From: Octopus vulgaris
Taxonomy: Eukaryota
DNA: 64,000 nt
Direction: 5' to 3'
NCBI GenBank assembly: GCA_951406725.2
Contig: OX597822.1
Span: forward strand, 18,724,001-18,788,000
The notes under the pieces were generated by a model. It was given only the letters and a program-made list of their open reading frames with translations, was not told where the DNA came from and did no database searches. The position numbers and the translations under genes are program-made. The stretch's first letter is position 1. Each line of letters opens with the position of its first letter. Positions 13,030-27,668 of this stretch are shown here, piece after piece.

Positions 13030-13769
13030 TGAGGTGGTATCAAAAAGTTCTCAGAACAGTTATGTTTAATAACAACAACAGTGTGAAAACGGCAACCTTT
13101 GAGCTGCATTTTCATCTTAGAGAAGATATGGAAGTCCACTGGTGCTAAATCTGGTGAATAGGTCGGGTGCAGAAGCGATACCATGTTTTTTTTTTGTCAA
13201 GAAACTCATGAGTGAGGAAAGCTTGGTGATAGGTGCATTGCGGCCAAGAAGAATCCAATTCTTTGCAAATGTAAGGATTGACTGCTCAGACCCATTCAAC
13301 AGACCAACAGCATCAGCAATGTCACTGATTGTCCTCCAACTATCCTCTTACACAAGCTGATGAATTTTTTCCACATTTCTGGTGGGAGCATTCATGACAG
13401 GCCTTCAAGATTGCTCTTCATCTTCCAAGGATGTTCTTCTGCTTTTGAAGCACCTGTGCCACCTGAAACATTGCGTATGACCCATTGCCTCATCTACGTA
13501 ATCTTGTCAAAAATGCTCAATGTCTCTGTGGCAGACTTCACAAGTTGAACACAAATTTTCACTTTGGCTCTTTGTTCCTATTTGCTGTCCATGGCAAAAA
13601 TCTCAGACCACAGCATACACATGATCACAAATTTCACAACTTGCAATGTAAACACAACACTGTCACTCAACACACTGTTTCATGAAGATCATTACTAGCT
13701 CTTAATATGTATGCAACCATCTGTTGGTGCACTATGGAACTAGTCTGGAAACTTTTTGATACTATCTCT
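13030..13769 (-). mobile_element. Internally deleted mariner element
   Basis: Imperfect TIRs (TGAGGTGGTATCAAAAAGTTC / GAAACTTTTTGATACTATCTCT), TA on both sides, and HPTYSPDLAPVDFHIF in ORF 12987-13184. Confidence 0.8.
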
Positions 13770-13789
13770 TAGAGAAAGACTTGAACAAT

Positions 13790-14360
13790 TCATCATCATC
13801 ATCATCATCGTTTAACGTCCGTTTTCCATGCTAGCATGGGTTGGACAGTTTGACCGGGGTCTGGGAAGCCAGGAGGCTGCACCAAGCTCCAGTCTAATCT
13901 AGCAGTGTTTCTACAGCTGGATGCCCTTCTTAATGCCAACCACTCCGTGAGTGTAGTGGGTGCTTTTTATGTGCCACCGGCACAAGGACCAGAAGGGATT
14001 GGCAACGGCCACGATCAGTTGGTGCTTTTTACATGCCTCTAGCATGGGTATCACAACTATTATTTTCATTTGATTTTTATTTTGATGTTGATGTACTTGA
14101 CTCAATAGGTCTCCTCAAGCACAGCAGGTCATCCTACAATCCAATGTACTTTGAATGGGCTGGGGCTGGTTATGTGAAGCTGGTGTAGGATATGCTGTGA
14201 ATTCACTTTAATTGTCAGGTCTTTGCAGTCACAGCATACCTCCAGAGGTCTCGGTCTTTCATCATTGCCCCTGTAAGGCCCAACATTCGAAGGTCATGCT
14301 TGACCACGTCATCCCATGTCTTCGTGGGTCTACCTCTACCCCGGATTCTTTCAACTGTTT
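13790..14360 (-). mobile_element. RTE 3' fragment
   Basis: (CAT)n tail, RTE 3' UTR and the end of the ORF (GRGRP.KTW equivalent). Confidence 0.85.
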
Positions 14361-14548
14361 GGGAGTATCTTCTATAATCCAGACAGGACACGAAGTTACT
14401 TTAGTGCAGCTGGTAGTACATTCAAACTGGTAGTAATACAAATACAGTTTTGTGCTCCCCCACCACTTTTTAATGCAAGTTACTAGGACTGGATCAAGCA
14501 TGGGTGAGAATCCATGACGTTGTGGTTTATTAGTAAAATGTTTCTGGA

Positions 14549-14698
14549 GGTGCAGGTATGGTTGTCTGGTTAAGAAGTCCATTTTGCACTCACATGGTTT
14601 TAGGTTCAGTCCTACTATGCAGCACCTTTGGCAAGTGTCTTCTACTATAGCACCAGGCCGATCAAGGTTTTAGGAATGCAAACTGCATTGAAACTCAT

Positions 14699-14731
<33 letters not shown>

Positions 14732-14935
14732 AGCTGTGTTTCTGTATTTGCTTTTCCACCACCACTTTGGTAGCTGCTGTTGGTTTGTTTGTGTTCCTGT
14801 AACTGAGCAGGTCAGCAACAGAGACAATTAGGTTAAGCACCAGAATTTTTAAAAAGTACTAGAATTGATTTGTTCAACCCTTTATGTTGGTGCACCAACA
14901 TGGCCACTGTCCAGTGTCTGAAATGATTAAAAAAA
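14549..14935 (+). mobile_element. Diverged tRNA-derived SINE
   Basis: GGTTCAGTCC B box and GGCAAGTGTCTTCTACTATAGC shared with the 553-929 SINE. Confidence 0.65.
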
Positions 14936-17229
14936 GTAAATATAAGAAAGAAAAGGTAATTATTACAAGACAGCCTGTATTATAAACCATTATTTGTAAC
15001 TGAATAAGTCTGGCAGAACGGTTAGCACATTGAACAAACTGCTTAGCAGCATTTCATTTAGCTCTTTCCTTTCTGAGTTCAAAAATGGCTGCAGTCAACT
15101 TTGTCTTTCATCCTTTCAGAGTCAACAAAATGAGTACCATTTAAGCTTACATTCAATGTAAGCTAGGGACATGGAAGAGATGCTGTGGAATCCATGGCAG
15201 ACTAACCAAAAATATAAGCCTTGTATGTGATAGAGGCATTGGAGCTTGTATAATCACACCAGAAGTTGAGTCTCTTAAATGGTTCAGACATGAGGTTTTC
15301 AAAAAGTTCCGCTCTCATCAGTGAACCTAAGTTCTGGAAGTGCTATGTGTTATTCTCTACCGATGTGACAGTGACTCATTCCCACCTCAGCTCCTACAGA
15401 ATATTCAACCATGTCGTCCCTCTCTCTTGTCCTCTTCTGCACTGACAATTGTATCATCTTTACTACTCCTTCTGCTTGCGCCCCCACCCCACCTTCAACT
15501 CCCTTCTGCATCTCTCTTTCTCCCACAATACATCACACCTTACTCATCTGCCCTTCGACCCTATCCCTTCTGCCAGTCTGCTTCCCCATTCCCTCATCTT
15601 CCGACCCCTTCCCATACAATCTTGCCGACCAACTCTTCAACTCACCTTGTGCCTTATGGGGCAATTCATTGTTATTGTCCAGCTCTTGCAGTTCCTATCG
15701 TTCATTTTCTCTTTTTCTCCCCTTCCCCTAATAGATGTGAGTAGTCATGCAGATCCTCTACTAGAACCTGCACCGCAGCCCCCACCTTTCTATTCTCATT
15801 GTACAGTTTCTCTACTCCTCCACCCCCAGGGCTTATAGTTCTGTGAGTTGCATTGTAACCTTCAATAATATAGGTAGCACCAAAAAAAAAAAAAAGCAGC
15901 ACCCAGTCCACTCTGCTGGGTGGTTGGTGTTAGGAGGGGCATCCAACCATAGACACCCTGCCAAAGAAGACATGGGAGTATGATGCTGTCCTTGGCCCCA
16001 TGGGATACTGTCAAACCACCCATGTCATGCCAGCCGGGAATACAGCATTAAATGATGATGATGAGCACTTTGGTCTCTGGAATTGCCTTCCCCCCGTCCC
16101 ATTAAAATTTCTGGTCTGGTGCCAAAATTAAGAAGAATGATTTATTGTTGAATTCGCTCTTAAGTTACATCATTAATAAAGATTTATAGGAGAGAGTAAA
16201 TGGAATGCTTTACCAATTCCAACAGAATTTGAACACTTTATCATGAGCTTTGTTAAGCACTAAATCACTAAATGATCAGGTTATCTTAGTCTTTAAAATA
16301 TGAGATTAAATTAAATTATCTTTCAAGAAAAATTGCAATTACAGGTTAACTTTTTATTTATTGATTTTTGAAGTTTTTTTTCTTCGTTTTTTTTTCTAAG
16401 GAAAATCTTTTGATTTCATTTTTTTCTTTTTGGCTTCTTTTTGCTTTATGTGTACTTTAAATAAATTTTAGCCATTCTTGTGTGTATGTATGTGTGTGTG
16501 AGTGTGCATGTATGTTTATGTATGTATAAGGGTGTGCTTGGTGCAGTGTGTGTGTGTATGTCTCAATATCCATGTGAATATCTGAGATGGCAGATAAATG
16601 TATTTGAGTATGTATGTTTACTTCAGTGTATATACATGTGTGTATTCGTGAGTGTGTAAATATTGTGTATATAAGCACATATATATATGTACTTATGAAT
16701 TATCATGTTTCTAAATTATGTGTGTGCAAGCTTTTGTATGTGTGTATATATGTATTAGTATGTATGTTTGTTTGCATGTATGTATATATTTGTGTGTATA
16801 AATTTAAATGTGTGTGCTTTTTTGTATGATTGTATATATGTATAACCACTTGTAAACATATGCATGCATAAATGTGTGTGCGTGTGTACACAAGTATTTA
16901 TCATTATGTAAGTATTTGTGGGTGCCGATGTTTATTTATAGTTCTTTGATGTTTACAATGCAGAAATAATTGCTGTCTCTCTGATTTTAACATAATTTGG
17001 ATATTTGCTATTGATTTTTTTCCAGACAAAATGTTTTAATTTTCATAGATATTTCAGTAGTATGGTGTTACATAACTCTAAGAAAATCACTTCCAATGCT
17101 GTCTGCAACTTGCAAGCCCATTAGCCATACACCATTTACCAACTTCTGAATAGAATTTAAGTTTGAACAAACAGTTCCCTAGATAGATGACAACTTAAAA
17201 AAAAAAGTCATCTCGATCTTGTTACTGTT

Positions 17230-17500
17230 GTGGTTATCATCATCATCTGCATCATCATCATCATCATCATCATACAGGGTGACAGTGACTTCATCTTCAT
17301 CATTAGCATCTTTGTCATCAATATATTTCTCCTTCTTAGCATCATCATCATCATTATCTTCATAGCCATCATCATAATAACCATCAACACTCCTATCATC
17401 ATCACCATAGTCATCATCATCATCATGATTATCTTCATAGTCATCATCAGAGTTGGCATCACCATTGTCATCATCATCATCATCAATGGCAATATAACCA
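17230..17500. repeat. Degenerate (CAT)n microsatellite
   Basis: Long interrupted CAT array, which explains the poly-I and poly-M ORFs. Confidence 0.9.
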
Positions 17501-18124
17501 TCAGCAGCTGGAGTAAGCCATGCGGGTATTCTCTTCAGCAGGATACCTCTTCCTGTCTCTCTATCCTACTTTAGCCTCTTTCGACACTTAGCACAAAGCC
17601 ATCTCCCTCTATACTCCACTCCACTCTGTCAAGGGGTCTTGTCCTGCATCTTCCTTGGTGGACCTCACTAGTGCTGGTGCCTTGGAAAAGCATGCATTAC
17701 ACTCTGTGAAGTGTTTAGGGTTAGGAATGGTTTCCAGCTGTAGAACCCTTGTTGAAGCAACACTGGAGACCAACACAACCTTCTAGCTTGTCAGTTTCAG
17801 TTGGAGCATCCAACCCATGTCTCACAGAATACACTCATTACATGATCATGATCATGATGTATATCATTATTGTCAATGTTATTATCAGCAGCATTATTAA
17901 CATTGTCATGGTTGATAATATTGATTTCATAATATTCATCATCATCATTGTCTTTCATATCTTTATTATTATCATCCCCTTCATCATCATCATCATCATC
18001 ATCATGACTTGCACCTTTGTCAATATCATCAGCACTGACAAACTCTGTAAACTATGGTGTACATAATTACTCTCGCAGCTATTTTTTACTTACTCACAAA
18101 AATCTCCTGCCCGTTTTTATTATT

Positions 18125-18885
18125 ATTATTGTTGTTGATGTTGTTGTTCATGATGTGCATGAATGCTTTACACTCAGAACCAGTGTCTTTGATACTGTGT
18201 CGTCACAACTAGTTTCCTTTGATATCGAGGACTTTTCTTACAATCTTTGCTGTTCCCAATAAAGAAGGTTTCTGAATTAATGCAACACTTGGAGTTACAC
18301 CAGCCTCAAAATAGGAACTGGTAAGTCTGTTGGTGACAGAACACTTTTAACAACTTGGATTGCTTTTGTAGGAACCCACCACAGTCTTTATATTTTCCCA
18401 ACCAAATCCTGGTATTTTCCTATTTTCTCCTCTTCTTTCACTGCCACATTCGTGTCTGCATATATAACCACATTTATGATGTTGCATTCTTTTTTCCCTT
18501 TGTTCACACCTAGCAGGAATTTCATGATCAGCATGTACAGGTCATTCTCTATTACATTTTCTGGTTGATGTTTGTACAATTTTCTTCCTACTTTAAATCC
18601 TCTTTGCCATAATATATCCCAGTGTAGTACCTTAGCCACACAGTTGTGTCTATATTCCTTCTGCACGAATAGACTACACCAACTTATTATGCACTTTACA
18701 GATTCCACTTTCTCATTACATACCCTGAATTTTGCTCTTTTCACAGATTTGTCTATTTTGGTCTTAATGCAATTCATCCACAGTGACTGGTTCTGAGCAG
18801 CCATTATGAGTCTTCCCATTTCTTTCTTAAGGTCTCCATTCTTCAACCACAACCAAGAATCTTCTGCAACAAAATCACAATTAGG
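18125..18885 (-). mobile_element. Degenerate R4/Dong-like LINE fragment (zinc knuckle plus RLE)
   Basis: ORF 18388-18909: WLKNGDLKKE..LIMAAQNQSL..RVCNEKVESV..RHNCVAKVLHW..EEEKIGKYQDL; 3' end next to TAT repeats. Confidence 0.75.
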
Positions 18886-18889
18886 TCTT

Positions 18890-21262
18890 TGATGAATCAG
18901 AACTGGCACCTGCTACTCTGTTCCGAGCAGATATGTACAGCTTTCCAGCAGTGCTTTGTGCAGCTGTTTGTGGAAGGTGATGGGTTGACAATGGTAGTGG
19001 ACTTTACTTCATACTTGGATGGCCTACCACAACTCTTGGTAATGGATAAGAGATTCTATGAAAAACAGATAATGACCACTGAAATACAGGAAGTGATGAG
19101 CAATGGCACAAATCATAAATTGCCTGGTTTGAATGGTCTGTCTTATATATTTGTGCCAGATTTGTTTGGCTATCTCTTGGCTGAGAATGGGAGAATTTCT
19201 GGTGCTGTTAGCTAGGATGTAGTAATAATGCTGCTGAGAAAGGATACCATCAATAGGGATGTGCTAGGGAATTTTCAACCCATAACTCTGCTAAACACAG
19301 AGTTTAAGATTTTGGCCAAGGTGTTAGTGAAAAGGTTGATGCTTGTCATCAGTAGTCTGGTCAGGTAGGCATAAACATGAGCAGTCCCAAACAGGTCTAT
19401 CCATAACAACCTCCACCTTATGTGGTACATCATAGAGGGGATTGAGACTGAATCTGGCTTCAGTGGGGCCCTGATCAATTTAGATTAGTTGAAAGCATTT
19501 GATATGGTCAAACATTGCTATTTGGAAACTGTCCTTAAAGCAGCCAGTTTCAGAGGGTGGATTGCTGCAATGCACAGCAGCACCTGCTTGGTGGTCAAGG
19601 TAAACAGCCACCTATTGGAACCATTTCACATCGCACATTCAGTCTATCAGAGCTGCCTGCTGTCACTTCTGCACATGCTGGCTCTCAAGCCACTGCTGCT
19701 GAAGGTGGAACAGTTAAGGGGCACCCTTTCAAAGTGGAACTCAGGAGGGCAGTGTTGACATATACAGATGATGTCACCATCATGGTGTCAGATGCCTCCA
19801 AAGTGGAGACAGTTGGCTCCATTGTAAAGGAATATGAGTCAGTTGCAGGGGCCAAAATCAACACTGACAAGTTGGTGGGACTGTGACTGGGCCCCTGGAG
19901 AGAGCAGATCATTGGCTACAGGATTGATGGACCAGTTAAACTGCTCAGGGTCTAGTTTGGTCCTGACACCCAGGTGGATAAGAATTGTGATGAAATGACA
20001 AATAAGGTGACAGTCTTACCCAGAAATGGGCAGGGAGGCAGCTGTCCCTGAAAGGTTGGGCAGAGGTAGCAAAAATCTTACATCACCTCCATCATCGTTT
20101 ATCACCTGACCTTTGTGCTTTGTCCCAGTCACTGCTTCATTAGGTTGGAGCATTTCTTGTTTATTTTCTTGTGGAAGGGACACATTCTAATGGTCAAACA
20201 GTCAATCTACTGCCAGCTCCCTCTGCATGGTGTCTTGGGCATGCCATGGCTTTTGATGCACAAACATGAACTCAGGTTGCACTACCTGCAGTCCTGGTAA
20301 AGGATAGACCAAGACCAGGTGCCTGGCACCTAGAATGTTGTCAGGCACTCACTGTCCTCTACAAGTTGGACAATAGAATCAGTGGATAATCCACTTTAGT
20401 TATATATATATAGGGTTAGTGGCATGGAAGTGCAATGATGTCCTTGAAGAGAACCTGGACATCAGTGAAAACAAACTGGCTAGTCTGTTCCGGAGGACCC
20501 TCCGGTCAGGGACTGCTATGGATAATTTCTGGATTTTTTGGCCTGGCAGTGCTACTAGAAAGTGGGGACATGGTATGCAACTAGTTTGTGATAAACTCTA
20601 CATGCACTGATGCACTGTCAGGTAGGTTTGTCTGAGGTGCATGATGAGCGATAAAACCATTCTGCATGCACTCATTCAGTGTCCAGGCATTGCTGACTTG
20701 TGGAGTTATATAAAACAGCTGCTGTTGCATGTGGGGTATGTCTATCTCTTGGCCAAGTCCATAGTGATGATTGCTCCACCACCCTCCTTAATTAGTTTTC
20801 CTTTGCCTGGTGGCTGTGGCAAAAGAGGGTGTTTAGTGGACAAGTCTGAGAGGAATGAGAACAGAGACATTCCTCTTTGGTAAAGCCCTCGTTGAGTTTT
20901 TCAAGTTTCATTTGAAAGAGAAAGTGAGGATGGCTGTACTGTGAGTTCATTGAAAAGTGGGTGAAAGATGCAAAACTGGCAAGAGTGGATGGTACTCTTT
21001 AAGTGAAGACCTGTGTGTCAGATGAAAGGAGTTGGAAAGTTGTCCTTGGTATTCAAGATCTTGGATGGTAGGGTTCCTCGCTTATCCCTATTGCTTTTTT
21101 TCTTCTTCTTACTCTCATATACTATGTTTACTTACCATCTCTTAATGTATACTTTTCTTTCTTTTTTTTTTTAATCATTCTATTTTATGTAAAACCCCAC
21201 ATTTTATGTCTCTCTCATTGTATTGTTCCCCTCATTCTTTGCCCTGGTGGGAAATAAAAGAA
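18890..21262 (+). mobile_element. Degenerate L1/Tx1-clade LINE
   Basis: Fragmented motifs KLPGLNGL, PITLLNTEFKILAK, KAFDMV, YTDDVT, GAKINTDK; ends AATAAAAG then (TAT)n. Confidence 0.8.
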
Positions 21263-21318
<56 letters not shown>

Positions 21319-22094
21319 GTGGGAAATGAGATCTCAGATAATCCAAACAGGCAAATTTTTATAAAACATAGAGAACAAGTCTGCTCAAGATACATATCTT
21401 TACTACAACCATCATCATCATCATCAGTATGTTGTCATCATCACAATCCAAACCCCACTATTGCCAACATTATCATCATCATCACCATCATCATTGACAG
21501 CAATATGAGGCCTTACATTGTAAAATCTGATATTTTAGCAAATTCTCCTTTTTTTTCTTAATACATCATATCATTGGCTTGCTGCAGCTCTACTTTATGT
21601 TGCACTTTAATGAAAACAAAGCACTCATGTCAAAGAGTACTGAGCAATGTTGTGGATTTTTCAGCTGCAGTTCTGGTTACCCATCAAGGGTGGCAGAAAT
21701 GCCTAGTAAAAACTAATACAGGATAAAAAGAGACTCTCTCTAGTCCTTCTGCAGACAACCTGTCTAGTGCGAGGGTATGATGGATAAATTATTCCTTGTT
21801 CACATTATAAAGTGATTGGTGATAAGGACATCCAGTTTTAAAAAGCTGAAAGTGAAAAGAATGAACAAAAGAAATGGGTATCTGGCCACCTCGGAGGGAA
21901 ATAACTCTGGAAAAAAAACTGAAGTGAAGATTCTTTATTCTTTCCTTTTATTCTTTTACTAGTTCCAGCCCAAAGATTGCAGCCAGGCTAGGTCACTACC
22001 TATTAAATATTTTACTGTTTGGTTTTAAAGAGGGACTCAAACATGTATGCTCCACTGCACTGAACTGTGGATTCAACCTACTGGATCTTTTTTT

Positions 22095-22405
22095 TTTTTC
22101 CCCCTTTTTCTGGCATTCTGTTGGTTATGATGACAAGTGTTCCAGTTGATCTGATTAGCAGAACAGCCTTGTGAAATTAATGCGCAAGGGGCTGAGCACT
22201 CCACAGACACACATATCCTTAATGGAGTTCTCATAGAGATTCGGCATGGTACAGAATTTGCCAAGGCCAACTCTTTGGAATAAAAGTACTACTTAGTTTC
22301 GCCATCTAAGTGGCCTGGAACATTATCAAATAAAGGGTTCTGTTCAAGGACACAATGTATTGCTGGAAATTGAACCAATAAGCTACATACCTTCACAACA
22401 GAGCT
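22095..22405 (-). mobile_element. Degenerate SINE
   Basis: TCAAGGACACAA ... GGAAATTGAACC B-box-like region similar to 7830-7885 and 30530-30605. Confidence 0.45.
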
Positions 22406-23139
22406 ATGGAGGAACCTAATTGATCAGTCCATATTCATTTTAAGGGAAACTGTGTATCTTGATGTTCAAACCAACTATCATAAGAAATTGTATTTAATAT
22501 TTGTGAATAGACATAGTAAGACCTTACTAATATAGGAAAGTGTAGTGTCTTCAGTTATCCATTGCTTAGGACCAGCTCAGCCCTAACTGAATGGACTTAT
22601 GATCAAAGGCATGGCAGCCATGCTTATACTATCCATTCTATATATCTACGACTACATTGCTCGACATTTGTGTTGTTTTGTCTGTTTTGCTCTTTAGTCT
22701 GTTTTTTTCATGATAGTAAGGTATGATTTGAGGAATTGTGACTGCTGTTTCTTGCAAGTTAAATGATAACCATCTCAAGGCTTTCTATTTGGTTCAGAGT
22801 CTCTTGAATAGATAAATAAAACTGGTTGACAAACACAAAAGAAGTCTGTTGTGTGTGTGTGTGTGTGTGTGCATGTGTATGTGTGTGTGAGAAAGAGTTT
22901 GTATTTCTCCTCATCTTCCCTGACTGTAATCAACAATGCCGGTAACGTCCATTGTTTGCAATAACTCTTGTAAAGTATGTCGTATTTTCTTCATGGTGTT
23001 GCTATTGGTTGAGAATTGGTGACAGAAGAGCATCAAGCTGTAGAAAAGTTGCCTCAAGGAGCTCTGTTTGACACATGCAAGCATGAAAAAGTGGATATTA
23101 GATGCTGCTGTTGGTATAATAATGATGATGATGATATAT

Positions 23140-23766
23140 ATCATCGTTATCATCAATCTGTTGTCCATACTGGCATGGGTTGGCTGGTTAGACCAGGGCT
23201 GGTAAGCTGAAGGCTGCACCAGACTCCAGTCTGATTTGGTATGGTTTTCTACAGCTAGATGCCCTCAATTTCTTGATATCGGTTCTTACCACATCATCCC
23301 ACATCTTCATGGGTCTCCCTCTTCCATGGGTAACATCCACTTTCAGTGATTAGCATTCCTTTATGCAGCTGTCCTCATTCATATGCATCACATGTCCAAA
23401 CCAATGTACTCTTCTCTCTTGCATGCTACATTTAATTCCTCTTATGCCCAATTTTTCTCTCAATACATTTGCACTTTGCCATACATGTGCACTGATGTTG
23501 CACATCCAACAAAGTTACTACCTTTGGTTTTCTCCAGTCTACACATGCCTTCTTCATTCAGAGCCCATGTCTCACTACCATGGAGTATAGCCGTTTGTAC
23601 ACAAGCATCATGCAACCTGCCTTTCACCTCTGAGAGAGAGTCCTTTTGTTACCAACAGAGGTATTAGCTCTCTGAACTTCCTCCACCCAATTCTTATTGT
23701 AGAAACAATACTTTCAGAGCATCCTTCCTCCATCATTGCTAATTTGGTCTCCTAGGTAACCGAAAC
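23140..23766 (-). mobile_element. Degenerate RTE 3' portion
   Basis: Reverse-complement homology to the ORF C-terminus and 3' end of the intact RTE. Confidence 0.8.
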
Positions 23767-23778
23767 TATATATATATA

Positions 23779-24248
23779 ATCGAAATTGAACCAATCCTAT
23801 GACTGGCACCCGGCAGTTGCCAGCGCCGCTGGACTGACTCCTGTGCAGGTGGCAAGTAAAGAAACACCGTTTCGACCCTGTGCTTGAGGAGACCTATTGA
23901 GTCAAGTACATCAACATCAAAAATCAATGGAAATTGTAGCTGTGATCCCTGTGCCGGTGGCACGTAAAAAGCACCATCCAAACATGGCCAATGCCAGCGC
24001 TGCCTCGACTGGCTTCCGTGTCGGTGGCACATAAAAAGCACCAACCGATCGTGGCCGTTGCCAGCCTTACCTGACACGTAAAAAGCACCCACTACACTCA
24101 CGGAGTGGTTGGTGTTAGGAAGAGCATCCAGCTGTAGAAACACTACCAGATCAGACTGGAGCTAGTGCAGCCTTCTGGCTTCCCAGACCCCGGTCGAACT
24201 GTCCAACCCATGCTAGCATGGAAAATGGATGTGAAACAATGATGATGA
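23779..24248 (+). mobile_element. RTE 3' UTR fragment in (TA)n
   Basis: Repeated GTGGCACGTAAAAAGCACC modules, (GAT)n tail, TA tracts on both sides. Confidence 0.85.
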
Positions 24249-24477
24249 TATATATATATATATAAAGAGAGAGAGAAAGAGAGATATATACATACGTATG
24301 TTTGTATAAATTATGAATATTATTCTCTTGGAACTGGTAATATTTAGCAATCCTTGATGCTTGCTGCTATTTGATGCAGTTATCCATAACCTGGAATATA
24401 CCTGAGAACCACAGTGGTACTCACCTGGATAATTTTATCCTTTTACATTCATGTTATATATGCGTGTGTGTGCGTGT

Positions 24478-25682
24478 TATCATCATCATCATCATTTAAC
24501 ATCCATTGTCCATACTGATAGGGGTCAGACAGTTTGACCGGGCTGGCATGCTGAAATGCTGCATCAGACTCTAGTCTGATTTGGCATGGTTTTATGTGGC
24601 TGGATGCCCTTCCTAACGCCAACCACTCTGAGAGTGTAATAGGTGCTTTTATGTGCCACCACCATGGATGACACCGATATATTTGTGTGACACCAGTATC
24701 AGCCACAACTGTGATTTTGCTCGGCTTGATGGGTCTTCTTCTCAAGCACGACATAGTGCCAAAGGTCTCAGTCATTGCCCCCATGAGGCCCAACATTCGA
24801 AATGAACTCAGCCACTTTGCCTCCATGAAGCCGAACACTCAAACGGTGCCAATTAACACAACTATGATTACACTTGGCTTAACAGGTCCTCTCAAGCACA
24901 ACACATCACCCATGGTCTTGGTCACAAGTCATTGCGTCTGTGAAGCTCAAAGTTCGAAAATTATGCTTCACAACTTCATCCCATATCTTCCTGGGTCTAC
25001 CTCTATCACAGGTTCCTTCCACAGAGATCGGTGCTTCTTTACACAGCTGTCCTCATTCATACAAATCACATGACCTTACCAGCATAGTTGTCTCTCTTAC
25101 GCACCACATCTGATTCCTCTTATGCCTAACTTTTCTCTCAAGATACTTACACTCTGTCAAACATGCACACTGACAGTGCACATCCAGCAAAGCATACTGG
25201 CTTCATTTCTTTCAAGCCTACACATGTCCTCAGCTGTCACAGTCCATGTTTAACTGTCATGCAGCATAGCTATTCACACACAGGCAACAATCTACCTTTC
25301 ACTCTGAGGGAGAGGTCCTTTGTTGCCAGCAGGTTTAGGAGCTCTCTGAACTTTGCCCAGCATAATCTTATTCTCATAGCTACTCTCTCAGAGCATCCAC
25401 CTCTGCTACTAACATGGTCACCTAGATAACGGAAGATATCTACTACCTCTAGCTTGCCTCCCTGGCAGTTAATGGAGTCCTATTTTCTGCACATGTTCTG
25501 TGCACCTTCTTTTGATATTATGTGTCCAAAGTGTACACTGGGTGCATCTGATGGAGTTTCTACCTATACCTTTTGTACAGATTGAGCAGGGCCATCTACC
25601 TGAGGGGATTTGTAATTTGTCTTCCTTCCTACTTACTAAGACTTAAGTTTTTGCTTGGTTAACTCTAAGACTCTTTGATTCT
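24478..25682 (-). mobile_element. Degenerate 5'-truncated RTE
   Basis: (CAT)n tail and homology back to GRWPCSIC and LRVN.AKT. Confidence 0.85.
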
Positions 25683-25686
25683 ATTG

Positions 25687-25719
<33 letters not shown>

Positions 25720-25722
<3 letters not shown>

Positions 25723-26901
25723 GTATCAGCCTCATGGAGGCAATGTGGCTGATGCCAGTGTCATGTAACTGTCATGTGAAAGCACCCACTACATTCTCAG
25801 AGTGGTTGGCACTAGGAAGGGCATCCAGCTGTAGAAACTATACCAAATGAGACTTGAGTCTGGTGCAACCCCTCAGCTTACTAGTCCTGGTCAAACTGTC
25901 CAGCTCATGCCAGCATGGACAATGGACGTTAAATGATGATGGTGGTGATGACGATGATGTTGATGATAAATGCACATGCTTGTTTATACACATGTCAATG
26001 TAGCAGTATCACAGGAAGGTTAAAGAAGAAAATAGTGTTTGTTGTGCAGCAAATCTGCAGGTGCAATAAGCACTAAACATGCACAGATAATAGATTTCCT
26101 CAAATGTTCACAGGATCATTGGACGTAACGGATAGCTTCTGTTATCTAGATGATTGAGTTATCTGTGGAGGAGGAAGTTCTGAAAGAATAGTTGCTAGAA
26201 TACAAACAGGCTGGGCAAAGTTCAGAGAGTTTCACTACCATGTCGCTATGCTACATGGAAGTGAAACTTGGGCTATGACTACAGAGGACTTGCAAAGGCT
26301 TCAATGAAATGAAGCTAACATGCTCCACTAGAAGGATAATATCAGTGCGTGCACACAATAAAGTATAAATGATTTAAGGGGGGAAATGTGTATAAGGGGC
26401 ATCAGATGTTGTGTGCAAGAGCAAAGACTGCATATGGGTGAAGAAGGTTGCGTAAAGAAGTGCTGATCTCTAATTGTGGAGGAAATCTGTAGAATGGGTA
26501 AACCCAGGAAGGCGTGGAAGAAAGTGGTGAGAAAGGATCTTCAGACGCTGGGCCTCACTGCAGAAATGACAAGGGACCAGAAGTTGTGAAGATTTGGTTC
26601 TCTTCAGAAGATGTGTCAAGCTAAGTAAAATCATGGTCATCCATACACACAGGCGTGTCCTCCACAGGTGCCATGTAGGATGCCATTCTTGCCAGTGCCA
26701 CACAAATGAACCTATGCTGGTGCCATGTAAAAAAAGCATCCAGCACACTCTGTAAAGTGGTTGGCATTTGGAAGGGCATCCAGCTGTAGAAACTATGCCA
26801 CAACAGATAATTGGAGTCAGGACAGCTCTGCAGCTGGCCAACTCCTGTCGAACCCATGCCAGCATGGAAAATGGATGTTAAACAATGATGATGATGATGA
26901 T
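25720..26901 (+). mobile_element. Two RTE fragments (25720-25965 and ~26090-26901)
   Basis: Two RTE 3' ends with (GAT)n tails; MLHGSETWA-type sequence at ~26250. Confidence 0.75.
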
Positions 26902-27103
26902 GTAACTATATGTGTATGAACCTCTAAACCTAAAAAAATAAAGATATATATGGACAAAAGACTATAGAAGTTCAAAAATAGAATATTATAAAAAAAGAAA
27001 AAGTAACATAGAAGTATATAGCATTAATTTGAATACATTTGAATTGGAGGACAAGTGAGTGACGAAATACAAATTCCAATTCTAAAGAGTCAAAAAGAAA
27101 ACA

Positions 27104-27133
27104 AACCCGAGCAACGCCGGGCTATACTGCTAG
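27104..27133 (+). mobile_element. Helitron 3' terminus
   Basis: AACCCGAGCAACGCCGGGCTATACTGCTAG|T, one mismatch from 2594-2623. Confidence 0.7.
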
Positions 27134-27668
27134 TTTTTAAATAAAGAGAAAATAGAAAAAGGGAAAGAGATTTAAAGGTTTCTACAGGTGTGAAAATTTA
27201 GTAAAATATTTGGTATCTTAGATAATCCTAATATAAAGATAATAAAGAAAAGGATTCTTTGAAATTATATTTATTGATGAAATGCTATCTCTTGTGAAAA
27301 TAAAAATTACAATAATCAAAATTAGAGTGTTAAGTAAAAACAAAAGACAAAAATATAAGAACAAAATCATTTTATAATTTAATCACTCATTTTTGTAATA
27401 ATTTTGAATGTGTTTTAATTAGAGAAATAACATCTGTATAAGAACACAGAAAGATAAACCACACAAAAAAAATCACAATATTTTTGTTGCATTAGTAAGA
27501 AAGAAAATAGAAATAAATGCAAAACTGTCTGAAGACTGATGTTTTAATGTAGCAAAATATAAGAATTGGTAAAGTATCTTCTGCTGTATAATTCCATTGA
27601 CTGCAATTCAGCAAGAACACTGGATATACCAACATTGATATGACATATAGTTTAGATTGCATTTATTA

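Noticed and set aside
15340-15838. Overlapping Pro/Ser/Leu-rich ORFs
   Set aside because: Pyrimidine-rich low-complexity DNA upstream of an old RTE 3' end; open in several frames by composition.
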